Positions 28,021-41,443 are shown, counted from the stretch's first letter. The stretch is 64,000 nucleotides of DNA from Spirochaetia bacterium (GCA_965208065.1 OZ242313.1:4382369-4446368), one strand, 5' to 3'. Notes: a model not told the origin generated them from the letters alone. Numbers and translations: made by a program.

Positions 28021-29415
28021 ATGCGAACCACCACCGGGCGCCGGATGCCGGCGCTGTTCCTGACCGTCCTGCTGGCCGCCGGCGCGTTTCCGCTCGCGGC
28101 ACAGTCATCGCCCGGCGCTGCCACCGGCGCGCTGGTCGGTGCCTTCGGGCAGGCCTTCGGCCCGCCGCCCGACCATCCGGACGGCGAACTGGACCCGGCG
28201 ACGCGCGCTGACATCCAATCGATCATCACCAGCATCTCGGAACGCCAGCTCGACACCGCAGCGCTCGGGCGCCTCAAGGACAGCGGCGATGCGCGCATCC
28301 TGTGGTTCGTGGCCGACCTGATGCGCTTCATCGGCCAGCGCGAGATGGAGACCCTGAACGTCATTTTCGAGGAACTGACCGGGGTAAGCCCGCGGCGCGG
28401 CGACTACAACGCCATTCCCGACCACCTGATGGCCTGGGATCTGCCCGCGTTCCCCGGCTACCGGCGGCTCAAGGGCGACCTGATGACGCTGATCGACTCG
28501 CGCTGGGAGCCATTCTTTGCCGACGAGAATTCGGCGGTCGACTGGCGGCTGGTGGCGTGGGGCGGCGTGCTGATGGACGACCGCGGCGACGCCGGCCCCG
28601 GACAGCACTGCTTCCGCTGCATCCCGGCGCTCGACAATCCGCCGGTAACCGATGCCGCCGACGGGAGCTGGTACCCCGACGACGCGCTGGTGTTCGGCCT
28701 GGTGGTGAACGGCGCGGCGCGCGCCTATCCCAAGAACATCATGGAAGTGCACGAGATGGTGAACGACGCTCTCGGCGGGCGCACCTTCGGCATGCCCTAC
28801 TGCACCCTGTGCGGCTCGGCGCAGGCGTACTACACCGACGACATCAAGGGGTTCTACCCGGTGCTGCGCACCTCCGGGCTGCTGTCGCGCTCCAACAAGT
28901 TCATGTACGACCTGGTAACCACCTCCGCCGTCGACACCTTCACCGGGCGCGCCCTGTCGGGGCCGCTGCACGAGGCCGGCGTTACCCTGAACCAGCTCAC
29001 CGTGGTCACCTCCACCTGGGGCGCCTGGAAGGAGGCGCACCCCGGCACCACCATCGTCGCCGAGGATGGCGGCGTGCCCGGCAAGCGCTATCCGATGGAC
29101 CCGCTGCGCGGGCGCGACGACAACGGTCCGATCTTCCCGGTCGGCGACGTGGATACACGGCTGCCGGTGCAGGAGCGCGTGCTCGGCGTACTCGGCGCCG
29201 GCGGCACCGCGGTGGCGTTTCCGGTGGCCAACGCCGTGCTGGCCCTGCAGGCCGGCGCCACCGTGGAGTTGGCCGGCGTGCGGGTGGCCATGGACGGCAG
29301 CGGCATCCGCGCCTTCATCGACGGCCAGGAGGCGCCGAGCCACGAGGCGTTCTGGTTCGCCTGGAGCCAGTTCCGCCCCGCAACGCTGCTCTGGCAGAGG
29401 GAGGCGGCCGGATAG
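28021..29415 (+). CDS. DUF3179 domain protein, secreted
   Basis: Signal peptide; conserved 'PYCTLCGSAQAY' Cys motif characteristic of DUF3179. Confidence 0.7.
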   Translation: MRTTTGRRMPALFLTVLLAAGAFPLAAQSSPGAATGALVGAFGQAFGPPPDHPDGELDPATRADIQSIITSISERQLDTAALGRLKDSGDARILWFVADLMRFIGQREMETLNVIFEELTGVSPRRGDYNAIPDHLMAWDLPAFPGYRRLKGDLMTLIDSRWEPFFADENSAVDWRLVAWGGVLMDDRGDAGPGQHCFRCIPALDNPPVTDAADGSWYPDDALVFGLVVNGAARAYPKNIMEVHEMVNDALGGRTFGMPYCTLCGSAQAYYTDDIKGFYPVLRTSGLLSRSNKFMYDLVTTSAVDTFTGRALSGPLHEAGVTLNQLTVVTSTWGAWKEAHPGTTIVAEDGGVPGKRYPMDPLRGRDDNGPIFPVGDVDTRLPVQERVLGVLGAGGTAVAFPVANAVLALQAGATVELAGVRVAMDGSGIRAFIDGQEAPSHEAFWFAWSQFRPATLLWQREAAG

Positions 29416-29485
29416 CCGACCCGCCCTGCACGACTCCGCACGTCCGCCGCTTCCCGCGGCGGCGCCCAGCCCCGATAATGCGCCC

Positions 29486-30664
29486 GTGCCCGCGCCGCGC
29501 ATTCGCCGCCTGTTCCTGACCCTCTATATCCCGGAACTGCTGTACACCATCGGCTGGGGGCTGATCCTCCCCGTCCTGCCACGGCTGGCCACCAGCCTCA
29601 GCGGCAGCGTGGCCGGCGCCGCCGGCATCGTCGCCCTGGTGGCGGTCGGCACCCTGATCGTGGACATCCCGGCCGGGATACTGGCCGCCCGCTGGCCGCA
29701 GCGTACGCTGGCGCTGACCGTACTTGGCACCCTGGCGGTCGCCGGGTTGCTGGCCGCCTTTGGCGGCACGGTGGTGCTGCTCGGCGCCGCCGCGCTGCTG
29801 CTCGGCGCCGGACGCGGCACCTGGATGGTGACGCGCATGGCGGTGGCGCGCGAAACGGTGCCCGCCGATCAGCGCGGGCGGGCGCTGGCCACGCTCGGCG
29901 GCGTGAACCGGATCGGTTCGTTCGCGGTCGGCCCAGCCGTGGGCGGTGCGATAGCCGGCCTGCTCGGCCTGTGGGCGCCGTTCGTGGCGCTCTCCTGCCT
30001 CATGATCCTGGCCGGCGCCGCGGTGCTGCGCTGGACGCCGCGGCGGCCGCCGCCGGCGCCGGCGCGCAGCGGCGGCTGGTATCATCCGGTGGCGATCTTC
30101 CGCGACCACTGGCGGGTGTTGCTGCGCGCCGGTCCCGCCATTATCGCCCTCAACCTGATCCGGGCCGGACGGCAGTTGTTCATCCCGCTGTGGGGCGAGT
30201 CGATCGGCCTGTCGGTGGCGGAAGTGGGCCTCGCCATGAGCGCTTCCGGGATCGCCGACATGCTGCTGTTCTATCCCACCGGGGTGGTGATGGACCGCCT
30301 CGGGCGGCGCTGGGCGGCGGCAAGCTCGATAGCGGTCATGTCCCTGAGCTTGGCCCTGATGCCCCTGTCCGGCAATTTCCTGAGCCTGCTGCTGATCGGG
30401 ATACTGGCCGGCGCCGGCAACGGTATGGGCAGCGGATTCCTGATGACCATGGGCACCGATCTCGCCCCCAAGCGGGGCGCCGGCGAGTTCATCGGTCTGT
30501 GGCGGCTGATCGGCGACGTGGGTACCGCCGCCGGCCCGGCGGTGATCGGGGCGGTGGCCGGTATCCTTTCGCTGGCGATTGCCGGCCCGGTGGTGGGACT
30601 GTTCGGCCTCGGCGGCGCCGCACTGTTCGTGTTCTCCGTCAAGGAGACCCTGCGGCGCCGGTAG
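29486..30664 (+). CDS. MFS transporter
   Basis: 12 predicted TM helices; 'MDRLGRR' motif-A-like loop; GTG start assumed. Confidence 0.7.
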   Translation: MPAPRIRRLFLTLYIPELLYTIGWGLILPVLPRLATSLSGSVAGAAGIVALVAVGTLIVDIPAGILAARWPQRTLALTVLGTLAVAGLLAAFGGTVVLLGAAALLLGAGRGTWMVTRMAVARETVPADQRGRALATLGGVNRIGSFAVGPAVGGAIAGLLGLWAPFVALSCLMILAGAAVLRWTPRRPPPAPARSGGWYHPVAIFRDHWRVLLRAGPAIIALNLIRAGRQLFIPLWGESIGLSVAEVGLAMSASGIADMLLFYPTGVVMDRLGRRWAAASSIAVMSLSLALMPLSGNFLSLLLIGILAGAGNGMGSGFLMTMGTDLAPKRGAGEFIGLWRLIGDVGTAAGPAVIGAVAGILSLAIAGPVVGLFGLGGAALFVFSVKETLRRR

Positions 30665-30674
30665 CGGTCAAAAA

Positions 30675-30712
30675 ACAGACAGGCGTCTTGACATTAACAG
30701 ACATACGTCTGT
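30675..30712 (+). promoter_or_regulatory. candidate LexA operator: two AACAGAC half-site palindromes (AGAC-N4-GTCT) overlapping a TTGACA -35 (30688-30693) in the lexA promoter
   Basis: First copy is the imperfect 'acagac aggc gtcttg' (30675-30690). Second copy is the perfect 16-bp palindrome 'ACAGAC ATAC GTCTGT' (30697-30712), 15 nt before the lexA ATG. Confidence 0.5.
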
Positions 30713-30726
30713 ATTGTCGATTTCCC

Positions 30727-31368
30727 ATGACTGCCGCTTCCCGATACCGCTCCCAAGAGCGCAAACGGCGCATCTTCCTGTTTGTGCGCGACCGCATTCT
30801 GTCCGGGGCGCCGCCCACCACCCGCGAGGTGCAGGCCCACTTTGGCTTCCGCGCGGTACAGTCGGCGCGCGACTATCTGGAGGCCCTGGTGCGGGACGGC
30901 CTGCTGGACAAGGAGCCGGGCAAGGCGCGCGGCTACCGCCTGCCGGCCGGGAGCACGCCCTATCCCGCGGTGCTGGTGCCCCTCCTCGGACGGGTCCAGG
31001 CGGGCGCCCTCACTACCGCCAGCGAGGATCCGGACGGCTACGTGCCGGTGCAGTCGGCCAAGCCGCGCGACGAGCTGTTCGCCCTGCGTGTGCGCGGCGA
31101 AAGCATGCGCGACGCCGCCATTCTGCCTGGCGACGTGGTAATCGTGCACCGCCAGGAAAGCGCCGCCTCGGGCGAAATCGTCGTGGCACTGGTGGAGGAC
31201 GAGGCCACGGTAAAGCGTCTCAAGCTGCGCGCCGGGCGCATTGAGCTGCATCCCGCCAACCCGGCGTTCGATCCGATCGTGCCCGACGCCGACCGGGTGC
31301 GGATCCTCGGCAAGGTGATCGAGGTGCGCCGCTACCTGGAAGGCAGCGCCCCGGTGCTGGAACCGTGA
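30727..31368 (+). CDS. lexA: LexA repressor (S24 peptidase)
   Basis: N-terminal winged-helix region, Ala-Gly cleavage region, and Ser/Lys catalytic dyad ('GESM' ... 'KRL'). Confidence 0.9.
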   Translation: MTAASRYRSQERKRRIFLFVRDRILSGAPPTTREVQAHFGFRAVQSARDYLEALVRDGLLDKEPGKARGYRLPAGSTPYPAVLVPLLGRVQAGALTTASEDPDGYVPVQSAKPRDELFALRVRGESMRDAAILPGDVVIVHRQESAASGEIVVALVEDEATVKRLKLRAGRIELHPANPAFDPIVPDADRVRILGKVIEVRRYLEGSAPVLEP

Positions 31369-32084
31369 GCCCACCCGCTACGGACACGCCTCCGGTGGCG
31401 GACGTTGCCCTGATTGCGGGCGCTTCACTGGTGCCGGCCGCCGCCCTGTTGCCGGATGCCGCGCTGCAGCCGGCGGCTGCGCGCCTGCCGGGCGCCGCTT
31501 CGTTGATTGGCCGCGCCGACAGCGCCGAACGGTTGTGGCGCCCGGCGGAGCTTGCCGGGCGCCTGTGCGAACTGGCGTCCGACCCGCACGGGGTCCATCT
31601 GACCCTGGCCTGCGCGCTGATCCGCTCCTTTCAACAGGCCGCCGAACCGGCCGCCTGGGTCACCGCCTCCCGCGCCACCTTCTTTCCGCCCGACGCCGCC
31701 CACGGCGGCGTCGATCTGGCCGCCCTGCCGGTGGTTACCGTACCCGGTCCAGAGGCGGTGCTCAGCGTCGCCGAGCGGCTCACCCGGTGCGGTTCCTTTG
31801 GGCTGATCGTGCTGGAGCTGGGCACTCACCTGGCCGTACCGGCGGCCGTGCTCGGCCGCCTGGCACGCCTGGCGCGGCGGCACGATACCGCTCTGCTGTG
31901 TCTCACCACGTCCAAATCGGAGACTACCCTCGGGTCGCTGGTGGCACTCCGCGGGCGCGGCTTTCGCACTGCAACCCGCCATCCGGGCTACTTTCACTGT
32001 GGCATCCGGGTAATCAAGGATCGCCGCCACGGCCCCGGCGGGTCGCTGGCGGTCGCCTGCCATGCCCCCTACGGCATGTGTTGA
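31365..32084 (+). CDS. imuA: ImuA-like protein (RecA/SulA-fold component of the imuA-imuB-dnaE2 cassette), divergent
   Basis: Assigned from position (ATGA overlap with lexA, directly upstream of imuB) and size; sequence is Ala/Leu-rich and divergent. Confidence 0.6.
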   Translation: MSPPATDTPPVADVALIAGASLVPAAALLPDAALQPAAARLPGAASLIGRADSAERLWRPAELAGRLCELASDPHGVHLTLACALIRSFQQAAEPAAWVTASRATFFPPDAAHGGVDLAALPVVTVPGPEAVLSVAERLTRCGSFGLIVLELGTHLAVPAAVLGRLARLARRHDTALLCLTTSKSETTLGSLVALRGRGFRTATRHPGYFHCGIRVIKDRRHGPGGSLAVACHAPYGMC

Positions 32085-32085
32085 C

Positions 32086-33615
32086 GTGGGTGTGCTGCCG
32101 CTGCAACTGCTGCTGCGGCGGCACCCCGGCTGGAAACGGCAACCGGTCGCGGTGGTCAGCGAGGACAAGCCGCTGGGCATCGTGGTGGCAGTGAACCGGC
32201 GTGCCCGCGCCGCCGGAGTGCGGGCCGGGATGCGCTACGCTGCGGCGCTCTCCCTGGTCTCCCACCTGCACGCCGGTACGATCTCTCCCGACGACCTGGC
32301 GGCGGGAGTACGGTTGATCCGGGAGCGGCTGCTGACCATCAGCCCGCGGGTCGAATGGGGCGGCGACGGCTGGGCCGCTTCCGGGTTGTTCTGGCTGGAG
32401 GTGGCCGGTTTGCGGCGCCACTATCCCTCCGGCGCCGCGCTGGCCGACGCCATCGGAAAGCTCCTGCGCACCGCCGGCCTGGCAGCCGCGGTGGTGCTCG
32501 GCTACACCCGGCTGGGCACCTGCCTGCTGGCTCAGGACAGCGTCGCGCGGGGCGGCTGCCGAACGCTGGTGGTTGCCGATGAGGCCGGCGAACGCGCCGC
32601 CGTCGCCGCCGTGCCGCTCGACCGGCTGCCCCTGGAACCGGCGGCGCGCGACCTGCTGGAGAAGCTGGGCGTGGCCACCGTGGAGCACTTTCTGCGCCTC
32701 CCCTACGCCGAACTGCTGCGCCGCTTCGGGGCGCCGGTGGCGGAGTTGCGCCGTACCGCCCGCGACCCCACGCGCCTGCCCGTGCAGGGCCGCGACGCAC
32801 CGCTGCCGCTGCAGCAGCGGCGGCGGCTGACCTACCGGGCGAGCGATGCCGAACGCCTGCTGCGCCACTGCCGGGTGCTCCTCGACCGGCTGCTCGGCCG
32901 CCTGCAGCATGACGGGCGCGCGGTCACCGAACTGCAGTTGCAACTCCTGCTGGAAGACGGCTCGCGGCGGCACGAGCTGATTCGCCCCGCCGCCCCCACC
33001 CGCCAGCGTCACCTGCTGCTGGATCTGCTGGCCCTGCGGCTGCGGGCGCTCGACCTGACCGCGGGGGTGGAGGAACTGGCCCTCGACGCCCGCCATACGC
33101 CGTTGCCGGGCGGTCAGGGCGAGCTGTTCCGCACCAGCCAGAGACGCGACCCGGCTGCCGGAGCCGCCGCGCTGGCGAACATCCGCGCCGAATTCGGCAA
33201 CACGGCCGTGGTGCGCGCCGTACTGGAGGATGCGCACCTGCCGGAGGCGCAGTACCGCTGGCAGCCGGTCGACCGCCTGCAAGAAGCGCAACCGCGGCCG
33301 CCGGCGGCGCAGGCCGCACCTCTCGTACGGCGGGTACTCGCCCGCCCACAGCCCATTGCGGCGGCGCGGCGGCACGGCTGCTGCGGGCCCTTCCTGGTCT
33401 CCAGCGGCTGGTGGTACGCGAGCGCCGTTCCGCCAACTGGCGGTCCGCGGCACGGCAGCCCCCCTGCCGGCCACATCCACGACCACCAGGTCCCCTACGA
33501 CCGCGGCCCCGCCAATCGCGCCTACTACTTCATCAGCTCCGCGGACGGCACCCTGGAGTGGATCTACTACGACCTCCTCACCAGCCGCTGGTTCCGGCAA
33601 GGCTGGGTGGAGTGA
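32086..33615 (+). CDS. imuB: ImuB (catalytically inactive Y-family polymerase homologue)
   Basis: N-terminal '[13 protein letters not shown]...PVAVV' resembles the ImuB/DinB-like fold; GTG start 1 nt after the imuA stop; position between imuA and dnaE2. Confidence 0.75.
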   Translation: MGVLPLQLLLRRHPGWKRQPVAVVSEDKPLGIVVAVNRRARAAGVRAGMRYAAALSLVSHLHAGTISPDDLAAGVRLIRERLLTISPRVEWGGDGWAASGLFWLEVAGLRRHYPSGAALADAIGKLLRTAGLAAAVVLGYTRLGTCLLAQDSVARGGCRTLVVADEAGERAAVAAVPLDRLPLEPAARDLLEKLGVATVEHFLRLPYAELLRRFGAPVAELRRTARDPTRLPVQGRDAPLPLQQRRRLTYRASDAERLLRHCRVLLDRLLGRLQHDGRAVTELQLQLLLEDGSRRHELIRPAAPTRQRHLLLDLLALRLRALDLTAGVEELALDARHTPLPGGQGELFRTSQRRDPAAGAAALANIRAEFGNTAVVRAVLEDAHLPEAQYRWQPVDRLQEAQPRPPAAQAAPLVRRVLARPQPIAAARRHGCCGPFLVSSGWWYASAVPPTGGPRHGSPPAGHIHDHQVPYDRGPANRAYYFISSADGTLEWIYYDLLTSRWFRQGWVE

Positions 33616-33628
33616 ACGGACATCGGCG

Positions 33629-36871
<3,243 letters not shown>

Positions 36872-36987
36872 CCATACCCAGCAACGCAGTCAGCGATCGT
36901 ACTTCAGTTCACACAGTGACATAGGCGGACATCCGGTGCGAAACAAGGTGTTCTGAAGTCGAGCACACTGGAGAGAACTCCATCCCC

Positions 36988-37230
36988 TCATGTACCATAG
37001 GTTTCATCGTATATTTCTGAAAGCAGGCGCTCCTCGAAGAGCCAATACCGTGTTGGATGCACCGGCGTCTTTGTCTCCAAAACACTCTGGGTAGCGGGAG
37101 TTAGGAATACCTCCTCTCCATTTTCCCTACGTACTTTCCTGTCGTCTATCACTTCGACTATCACCGATTCATCGTCGTGAAACACGAGCTTCGAACCAAC
37201 CGGAACTCCCATTTCACGGAAATGTATCAT
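36988..37230 (-). CDS. small DUF4357-like domain protein (restriction/defence-associated C-terminal-type domain as a stand-alone protein)
   Basis: 80 aa; strong GGAG RBS; pattern 'KLVF...VEVIDD..V...GEEVFLTPATQSVL...YWLFEE' resembles DUF4357 as I remember it. Confidence 0.5.
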   Translation of the reverse strand: MIHFREMGVPVGSKLVFHDDESVIVEVIDDRKVRRENGEEVFLTPATQSVLETKTPVHPTRYWLFEERLLSEIYDETYGT

Positions 37231-37247
37231 CCTTTCTCCGCTAAGTG

Positions 37248-38198
37248 TCAGACGGACCTATAAGGGATCTTTGAGACATCTACCTTGGGTTCCGACCTGT
37301 AGTTACGAACCAGCATTCCTTGCAAAGTTTTTGCCACGTCAGTTTGGTGGAGCACTGCTGGCCCCACGGTTATCGTGCACTCCGAATTAAGCAACTGATC
37401 CATACCGAATCCACTATCTTTGACGTGATGCCGCAAGTTCCGCCCACTGACCTCCGTCCGGATCTTACTCTGCTCCGGTGCAGCAACAACGGCACGCCGC
37501 TCACGCTCGAGCGCGTAGGAAGGATGTTTGTGGAGGAAACGACTCTTCAGCGCGGTAGCAAAGACAGTTTCAAGTAACTCCTCATAGCGCGGGTAACTCG
37601 AAGCGGATTTCCTTCGACTAACCTCATCCCAAACCTGCGCTGCAGTATCGAGAAACCGCTCAAACTTGGTTGCCGTAGCGTCCCTTGTCGCATCTTCATA
37701 ATTCACCTCATACAACCTGTCCCTCGGAACGGTAGTCGCGAACGAGCAGCCACGCCCATTATCTCCGTACGCTCGCCAGTGAGATAGGTGATCGTGAGAC
37801 TTGTGGACGGAATCAACTTCGAATGGCAAGAAAGAAAGAATGTAGGCGTGACTGACAGGAGATTCAAGCCACTTGGATATACTGCTTCTTCGAAAGAAAT
37901 CACGTCCACCAAATACGTACCAGCCTTCTTGGGGATCGGTAAGATGGACCGAGTCATACAAGCGAAAATACTGGGTCGACGGCTCTGCAAGCAGGGCGTG
38001 AGCAGTTGCGAGCGACGTGTAGTGGACCACCTTGACCTCCTTGGAGTCTCCGTCGAGACGACGTTCATCTTCCAGTTCGTCAGACAGTTCCTCGGCGGCC
38101 TTCCTGAGGTGACTGAGTGCCGCATTGACTTTCCCACTCCGCAGTGCGGTTTTCACCTCCTTGAGCGTGCTCTCCCATGTCACCATGGTATTGGCCAC
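37248..38198 (-). CDS. DUF2971-family protein with N-terminal coiled-coil extension
   Basis: 'VVHYTSLATAHALLAEP...FRLYDSVHLTDPQEG' and 'SHWRAYGDNGRGCSF' match the two signature blocks of DUF2971 (hYTS...NDP.E and W..YAd.h.G) as I recall them. Confidence 0.65.
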   Translation of the reverse strand: MANTMVTWESTLKEVKTALRSGKVNAALSHLRKAAEELSDELEDERRLDGDSKEVKVVHYTSLATAHALLAEPSTQYFRLYDSVHLTDPQEGWYVFGGRDFFRRSSISKWLESPVSHAYILSFLPFEVDSVHKSHDHLSHWRAYGDNGRGCSFATTVPRDRLYEVNYEDATRDATATKFERFLDTAAQVWDEVSRRKSASSYPRYEELLETVFATALKSRFLHKHPSYALERERRAVVAAPEQSKIRTEVSGRNLRHHVKDSGFGMDQLLNSECTITVGPAVLHQTDVAKTLQGMLVRNYRSEPKVDVSKIPYRSV

Positions 38199-38207
38199 CG
38201 AGTGAAT

Positions 38208-38567
38208 CTATAGCCTCCGGCGTCCGGGCATCGAGTCTCCCGGAAGAAGACGCTGAATGCGTTCAAGGACGCTATCTGTCCCCTCATACTTGGAGACGGC
38301 TATGAAAATACGTGCATCCTCAAGGTTGACCTCGTCATCGCCCTCGTACACTCTGTCATCATCTGCAAGCACGGTCTTCTTCGCATCAAGGACCGTAATC
38401 AGAGCCTTGGCCTTGTCTGCGATCGAGAGCACATCCCATGCCGTCATCATTCCGTCTTTCGACTTAGCTACGACCGAAACGCCGTTTATTTCCAATTCGT
38501 ATTCACGCCAGTTAGCGCCTACGTTGGTGTCTTTGCTGTGCATCAGTTGGTCCTTGTCCTCGGTCAT
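38208..38567 (-). CDS. hypothetical acidic protein (119 aa), first gene of the island operon
   Basis: GAGGAAG RBS 9 nt upstream of the ATG; AT-rich promoter region upstream; no recognised domain. Confidence 0.55.
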   Translation of the reverse strand: MTEDKDQLMHSKDTNVGANWREYELEINGVSVVAKSKDGMMTAWDVLSIADKAKALITVLDAKKTVLADDDRVYEGDDEVNLEDARIFIAVSKYEGTDSVLERIQRLLPGDSMPGRRRL

Positions 38568-38736
38568 CCGTGAGCTTCCTCTGGAATCATATCATCGATT
38601 CACCATCGGTGCAGATCGATTACTATACTGATCGAAAGGCGGGGATACCACCATAGGCCATACCGAGCTGATGAGCACCTGCCGGCACTATCTTGTCGAG
38701 TTGAGAAGGCGTTTGTCACAGCCTCTGAACCTCCGC

Positions 38737-39603
38737 TCAAGTAGTCCGGCGGTTGGCGTGGCGGATGGGGACGCCGGCGCGGGCGGCCTGCTCGTACAGG
38801 TAGCCGGTGGCCCAGCGCAACTGGCGGGCGTTGACGTGCTCGATCATCAACGGCACGTCGGCGTCCAGCTTGGCCAGCTCGGTGAAGTAGGCGTGGTAGT
38901 CGAGGCTGCCGTTGCCGGCGAAGGTCTCGTCGAAGCGGACCTGGACGTGGCGCGGCATTTGGGTGTCCTTGGCGTGGCAGCTCACCAGGTGCGGCCCGAG
39001 CTTGGCGAAGCAGTCGCGGATGAAGTCGCCGCTACGGTAGAAGCGCCGCGGACAGAGGGTGATGTTGACCGGATCCAGGTGGGCGGCGAACGCCGGGCGG
39101 TCCACCGCCTGCAGGATCTCCAGGTACACGTCGGCCGAATCGGGCAGGTAGCGCGACTCGGTCTCCAGCACGAACTTCGTACGGCTCGGCTGCACGGTGT
39201 CGATGATGCGCTGCACCGATTCCACCAGGGTGTCGATGGAGCGCTGGCTGAAGTTCTCGGGATAGTGCTTGTTGAACGAGTTGCTGCCCGCCCAGCCGCC
39301 GTGCGCCACGCAGCACAGCGACCCGATGCGCTCGGCACTCTCAAGGCGCCGGCAGATCTCGGCGATGTTGCGCTCGCGCTGCTCCACGTCGGGATCGATC
39401 ACGTTGATACCGAACGCGCCGGTCTCGGCGATCACGATATCCGCCTCCGCAAGCGCCGTCACCGCCTCGCGCAGCAACGCCGGGTCGGAGAAGCGCGGAT
39501 GATAGGTGGCCGCGAAGCCCTGCTCCTGCAGGTGCCGCACGAACTGTTCCGGGGTCTCGACCGGTGTAAAGACCGGCCCGCCGATGCGTATCTGTCTACT
39601 CAT
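38737..39603 (-). CDS. sugar phosphate isomerase/epimerase (xylose-isomerase-like TIM barrel)
   Basis: AP_endonuc_2-like blocks; internal Met start (MSRQIRIGG...). Confidence 0.8.
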   Translation of the reverse strand: MSRQIRIGGPVFTPVETPEQFVRHLQEQGFAATYHPRFSDPALLREAVTALAEADIVIAETGAFGINVIDPDVEQRERNIAEICRRLESAERIGSLCCVAHGGWAGSNSFNKHYPENFSQRSIDTLVESVQRIIDTVQPSRTKFVLETESRYLPDSADVYLEILQAVDRPAFAAHLDPVNITLCPRRFYRSGDFIRDCFAKLGPHLVSCHAKDTQMPRHVQVRFDETFAGNGSLDYHAYFTELAKLDADVPLMIEHVNARQLRWATGYLYEQAARAGVPIRHANRRTT

Positions 39604-39610
39604 TGATTCC

Positions 39611-40654
39611 TCATTTCCAGGGGTCGAGTATGACCTTGCCGCACTGATGGGAAGCACACAATTCGAGCGCTTCCTGCACCCGGCTCAGCGGCAGCCGATG
39701 GCTGACGTGCTGGTCCAGGAGCGGCGACGAGCGCACCACCGCCAGCAGCCGCTCGAAGTCGTTCATGCTGTAATGCCACTGGCCGATCAGCGTCAACCCG
39801 GTTCTGATCATGTCGGGACTCACCCGGATCGGCAACTCCTCGTTGCACTCGGCCACGAACGCGACTTGGCCGCGCGGCCGGGCCGCCTCCACGCACACCC
39901 GCTGCGCGGCGACCACCCCCGCACACTCCACTGCGCAGTCGACCCCGAGCCCGTCGGTAGTGAGCGACCGAATGTGCGCGACCAGCTCGGGATCGGCGGG
40001 ATCCAGTACTGCGGCGGCGCCCATGGCGCGGGCGCGCTCAACGCGCCACGGCACGCCCTCGACCACGATGGCACGCGCACCCCGTGAGGCGGCGTTCACC
40101 AGGGCGCCGAGCCCCACCGGCCCGGCGCCAGTGACCAGCACCGTGTCGAACGCATCGACCGCCATGCGCTGCATGGCGCCGAACGTGGGCCCCAGCCCGC
40201 ACCAGGTCAGCGCCGCCTGCTCGAACGAGATGTCGTCCGGGATGCGCGGCAGCATCCAGGAACGCGCCAGCCGGAATTGTGCGTAGGCGCCGGTGCGCGG
40301 CGGGCTGCCGGTCTGGCCGTTAGCCTGGCTCCGATGCCGGACCTTGTTCATGCAGTGCATGACGTGCCCGGCGCGGCAGTAGCGGCAGGTGCCGCAGGAA
40401 AACAGCCCCAGGATCACCACCCGGTCGCCGACCGCCAGGTCGGAATGGCCGTCCACGGCCGCCACCTCGCCCACCCCTTCATGCCCGAGCGCCTCGGCGG
40501 TGCGGCCCGATTCCCAGGTCTTGTACTCGGTGCACATCGGCACCGCCCGCACCCTGATCAGCACCAGGTCGCCGCGCGGCTCCGGGATCGGCACGTCGAC
40601 CAGCCGCGCCTGCCGCGGCGCGTGGATCACCGCCTTCTTCATCGTGTTGCCCAT
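39611..40654 (-). CDS. zinc-dependent alcohol dehydrogenase (MDR family, sorbitol/threonine dehydrogenase-like)
   Basis: Structural Zn Cys cluster 'CGTCRYCRAGHVMHC', GxGxxG 'VTGAGPVGLG'; AAGGAG RBS before the chosen ATG. Confidence 0.85.
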   Translation of the reverse strand: MGNTMKKAVIHAPRQARLVDVPIPEPRGDLVLIRVRAVPMCTEYKTWESGRTAEALGHEGVGEVAAVDGHSDLAVGDRVVILGLFSCGTCRYCRAGHVMHCMNKVRHRSQANGQTGSPPRTGAYAQFRLARSWMLPRIPDDISFEQAALTWCGLGPTFGAMQRMAVDAFDTVLVTGAGPVGLGALVNAASRGARAIVVEGVPWRVERARAMGAAAVLDPADPELVAHIRSLTTDGLGVDCAVECAGVVAAQRVCVEAARPRGQVAFVAECNEELPIRVSPDMIRTGLTLIGQWHYSMNDFERLLAVVRSSPLLDQHVSHRLPLSRVQEALELCASHQCGKVILDPWK

Positions 40655-40729
40655 TGGCGCTCCTTCACCGTCCATGCAAGCCGTCAGTGTAAGCGGTTTG
40701 GCTACGCCGAGTACCTGGCGCCGTAGAGG

Positions 40730-41443
40730 TTAGAAGCTGCTGCCGGCGGAGCGGGACTGCTCGCCGGCCTCCTGGCGGTGCGAGGCCACGTAACGGTCCC
40801 ACTGTGCGCGGTCGCGGTACAGGATGTCGGCGTCGCTGGCGCTGAAGATGTTCTGAAATACCAGCAGAAAGATGTCGCTGTCGGGGCCAGCCCACTTCGA
40901 GATGCGCGCGGCGAGGGCGATGTACTTCACGTCGTAGTTCACCGGTTGCACGCCGAGCCGTTCCGTTATCGCTTCCTCCAGGATCCCGGATACCTCGATG
41001 TGGCTGCCGCTGCCGCCTGTCTTCAAGGTCTTGCGCACCATGAACAGGCGGTATGAAGACAGGTCGGCCGAAGCATCGTGCTCGCGGTAGAAGTACAGAT
41101 CCATCGACTTCACGTTGCTCCACCCCGCGTACGACACCCGGTACATGCGGGCCACGTCGACGTTGAACTGCTGCTGCAGCCCGATCACGTCGGGCTCCAT
41201 CCCCGCGGCGAAGAAGTCCCGCAGCACTTCGTAATGACCGATGAAGTGCGCCTCCGCGCCGGGCGTCTCCACGGTCGCGCCGCCGAGCTCCGCCAGCACC
41301 TGCTGCGCCGTACTGCCGAACGGAATGGTGCCGTAGCCGTACTCCGGCGGTGCGCCGCTCTGCGCGCCGGCAAGCGTGCCGACCAGCAGCAACAGCGCGG
41401 CAAACGCCGTGTTCCGGCCCACCGTGAACGAGCGTGGTGTCAT
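40730..41443 (-). CDS. secreted hypothetical protein
   Basis: Signal peptide 'AFAALLLLVGTLAGAQS'; no recognised domain. Confidence 0.6.
   Translation of the reverse strand: MTPRSFTVGRNTAFAALLLLVGTLAGAQSGAPPEYGYGTIPFGSTAQQVLAELGGATVETPGAEAHFIGHYEVLRDFFAAGMEPDVIGLQQQFNVDVARMYRVSYAGWSNVKSMDLYFYREHDASADLSSYRLFMVRKTLKTGGSGSHIEVSGILEEAITERLGVQPVNYDVKYIALAARISKWAGPDSDIFLLVFQNIFSASDADILYRDRAQWDRYVASHRQEAGEQSRSAGSSF

Larger units (their letters stand above)
36880..38730. other. low-GC (~50% versus ~69% flanks) genomic island carrying a three-gene minus-strand operon
   Basis: 60-nt window GC counts across the island give 43-57%. Abrupt composition change at the dnaE2 stop and again at the sugar-isomerase gene. 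Confidence 0.8.

Noticed and set aside
26039-28063. 674-aa plus-strand ORF spanning the 2-hydroxyacid dehydrogenase / M24 peptidase region
   Set aside because: Overlaps two well-supported genes in wrong frames or antisense; Arg/Gly/Ala-rich
36872-38740. att-site direct repeats flanking the low-GC island
   Set aside because: Only a 6-7-nt shared word (cataggc) was found at both borders, which is insufficient; no integrase or tRNA target present
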